DNA from: Occultella glacieicola
Lineage (GTDB): Bacteria; Actinomycetota; Actinomycetes; Actinomycetales; Beutenbergiaceae
Assembly (NCBI RefSeq): GCF_004353825.1
Contig: NZ_SMNA01000008.1
Coordinates: 1-64,000 of the forward strand
Reading direction: 5' to 3'
Length of the DNA stretch: 64,000 nt
Numbering within the stretch: position 1 is the stretch's first letter; the number at the start of each line of letters is the position of its first letter. Shown piece by piece: positions 62,313-64,000 of the stretch. The position numbers were made by a program, and so were the translations under genes. Below the pieces are notes generated by a model. That model searched no databases. It saw only the letters and a list, made by a program, of their open reading frames with translations, and was not told the origin of the DNA.

Positions 62313-63062
62313 ATGGCAGAGCCGACCATCATCCACTCGGTCGTCCGAGCGCTGCGACTGCTGAACGAGGTCGCCGAGTCGGCGGTGCCCGTCACCGCCA
62401 AGCAGTTGGCGAGCCGCACCGGCACACCGTTGCCGACCGTCTACCACCTGCTCCGCACCCTCGTGCACGAGGACTACCTGACCCGGACCGCGCAGGGATA
62501 CCTGATCGGCGACCACGTCGACCGGCTTCGAGGGGCGACGGTCGGCGGGCTGCGCACCGATCGGGCCCACGAGATCCTCAGCTCGCTGCACGCCGACCTG
62601 GGCGCCGCGGCCTATCTGTCCGTGCTGGTGGACGGGGAGATCCAACTGCGGGACATCGTGGACAGCCCGGGTGCTCCGCGGGCGGACCTGTGGGTCGGCT
62701 TCCACGACGCCGCCCACGCCACCGCCCTCGGCAAGGCGGTGCTCTCGGCCCTGCCCGACGACGCCCGCCGGGACTACCTCGAGACCCACTCCCTCGAGGA
62801 CCTGACGCCGCGGACGCTGACGGACCGGCGGGCACTGCTGCGCCAACTCGGCACCCAGGCGCGGTTCCGACTGGACCGCGAGGAGTACTCGCTGGGCACG
62901 GTCTGCATCGCCGCCCCGGTGCCCTCGGAACAGACGGTCGCGGCCGTCGCGGTCTCCGTCCCCGCGCACCGCGGCGCCGAGGTCCTCGCCCGCGCCGTAC
63001 GGCTGACCCGCGCCGCCACCCTGATCGCACTGAGCTCCGACGAGGGCGCTATCACCATCTGA
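62313..63062 (+). CDS. IclR-family transcriptional regulator
   Basis: SVVRALRLL...PTVYHLLRTL; HATALGKA; EEYSLGTVCIAAPV. Confidence 0.93.
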   Translation: MAEPTIIHSVVRALRLLNEVAESAVPVTAKQLASRTGTPLPTVYHLLRTLVHEDYLTRTAQGYLIGDHVDRLRGATVGGLRTDRAHEILSSLHADLGAAAYLSVLVDGEIQLRDIVDSPGAPRADLWVGFHDAAHATALGKAVLSALPDDARRDYLETHSLEDLTPRTLTDRRALLRQLGTQARFRLDREEYSLGTVCIAAPVPSEQTVAAVAVSVPAHRGAEVLARAVRLTRAATLIALSSDEGAITI

Positions 63063-63142
63063 AATAACGCCCGTTGCCGCCGTGCTCGCGCCGGGTGAGG
63101 CTGGAGCTGTCGAGGGGACCGACCAGCCAACGGAGGCATGAC

Positions 63143-64000
63143 ATGTCGACGACCACACCCGCACCATCGGTGCAGGGACTCGAGCCTGAGGTCCGGCTCG
63201 GTCTGTACTCCTCGATGGTGCTCGTGCGCACGTTCGAGGAGGCGATCCTGCGGGAGTACCACGCGGACAAGGGTCCGGGCTTCGACATCGGCAAGGGCCT
63301 GGTCCCGGGCGAGATGCACCTGGCGGCCGGGGAGGAGCCCGTCTCCGCCGGGGTCTGCGCCCACCTCACCGCGAACGACGCGGTCACCGCCACCCACCGC
63401 CCGCACCACTTCGCCATCGCCCACGGCATGGCGCTGCGCCCCATGGCTGCGGAGATCTTCGGCCGGACCTCCGGGCTCGGCCGAGGACGCGGTGGGCACA
63501 TGCACCTGTTCGACCCGGACACCCATTTCTCCTGCTCCGGGATCATCGCCGAGGGCTACCCGCCGGCGCTCGGCATGGCGTTCGCGTTCACTCGACGGGG
63601 CAGCGACGCGATCGCCGTCGCCGTGACCGGGGAGGGTGCGGCGAACCAGGGCGCGTTCCACGAGTCGCTCAACCTCGCGGCGCTCTGGAACCTGCCGGTC
63701 GTGTTCGTCGTCGAGGACAACGACTGGGGCATCTCGGTACCCCGGTCGGCGTCCACGTCGATCCCGAACAACGCCGACCGGGCCGCCGCCTACGGCATCC
63801 CCGGCCACCGGGTCGAGGGCAACGACGTCGACGACGTCCACGAGGTGGCCGGCCGGGCGGTCGCACGCGCCCGAGCGGGGGAGGGGCCGAGCCTGATCGA
63901 GGTGCACACGGTCCGGATGTGGGGCCACTTCGAGGGCGACGCCCAGGGCTACCGGCCCGATCTTGCCGAGGTCGGCGACCGTGACCCGATCCCCGCCTAC
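63143..64000 (+). CDS. TPP-dependent dehydrogenase E1 alpha subunit (AcoA/PdhA-like), runs off the window
   Basis: Absent from the ORF track because it has no stop. Hand translation gives GEMHLAAGEE, THRPH, GRGGHMH, GEGAANQGAFHESLN and GHFEGD; GGAGG RBS. Confidence 0.93.
   Translation, partial: MSTTTPAPSVQGLEPEVRLGLYSSMVLVRTFEEAILREYHADKGPGFDIGKGLVPGEMHLAAGEEPVSAGVCAHLTANDAVTATHRPHHFAIAHGMALRPMAAEIFGRTSGLGRGRGGHMHLFDPDTHFSCSGIIAEGYPPALGMAFAFTRRGSDAIAVAVTGEGAANQGAFHESLNLAALWNLPVVFVVEDNDWGISVPRSASTSIPNNADRAAAYGIPGHRVEGNDVDDVHEVAGRAVARARAGEGPSLIEVHTVRMWGHFEGDAQGYRPDLAEVGDRDPIPAY

Noticed and set aside
63138..63626. 162-aa ORF from the track
   Set aside because: Wrong frame; the real gene is the E1-alpha starting at 63143.

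Overview
High-GC actinobacterial chromosome segment (gene order suggests Micrococcales; this is an inference). The conserved backbone is infB(5'-truncated)-rbfA-truB-ribF-rpsO-pnp-pepR-dapB-dapA-rnj-ftsK-pgsA-cinA-clgR-nei/lhr-DUF3046. It is interrupted by accessory inserts: an MFS/TetR pair; a WXG100-like hydrolase with a divergent unknown gene and a PadR; a SigG-like ECF; a fused ABC exporter; a GHL6/ABC/ThuA/oxidoreductase sugar locus; a ROK-controlled two-sulfatase/GH51/GH43 locus; a NodI/J-like ABC system; a decayed vapBC; MarR and IclR regulators; and a 3'-truncated TPP-dependent E1-alpha. The strongest non-coding signal is a repeated TGTCRG-N10-(T/C)A-N3-T (PafBC/RecA-NDp-type) promoter directly in front of four apparently leaderless genes: the ECF sigma, the fused ABC exporter, lhr-nei and DUF3046. 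No tRNA, rRNA, CRISPR, IS or prophage was seen.
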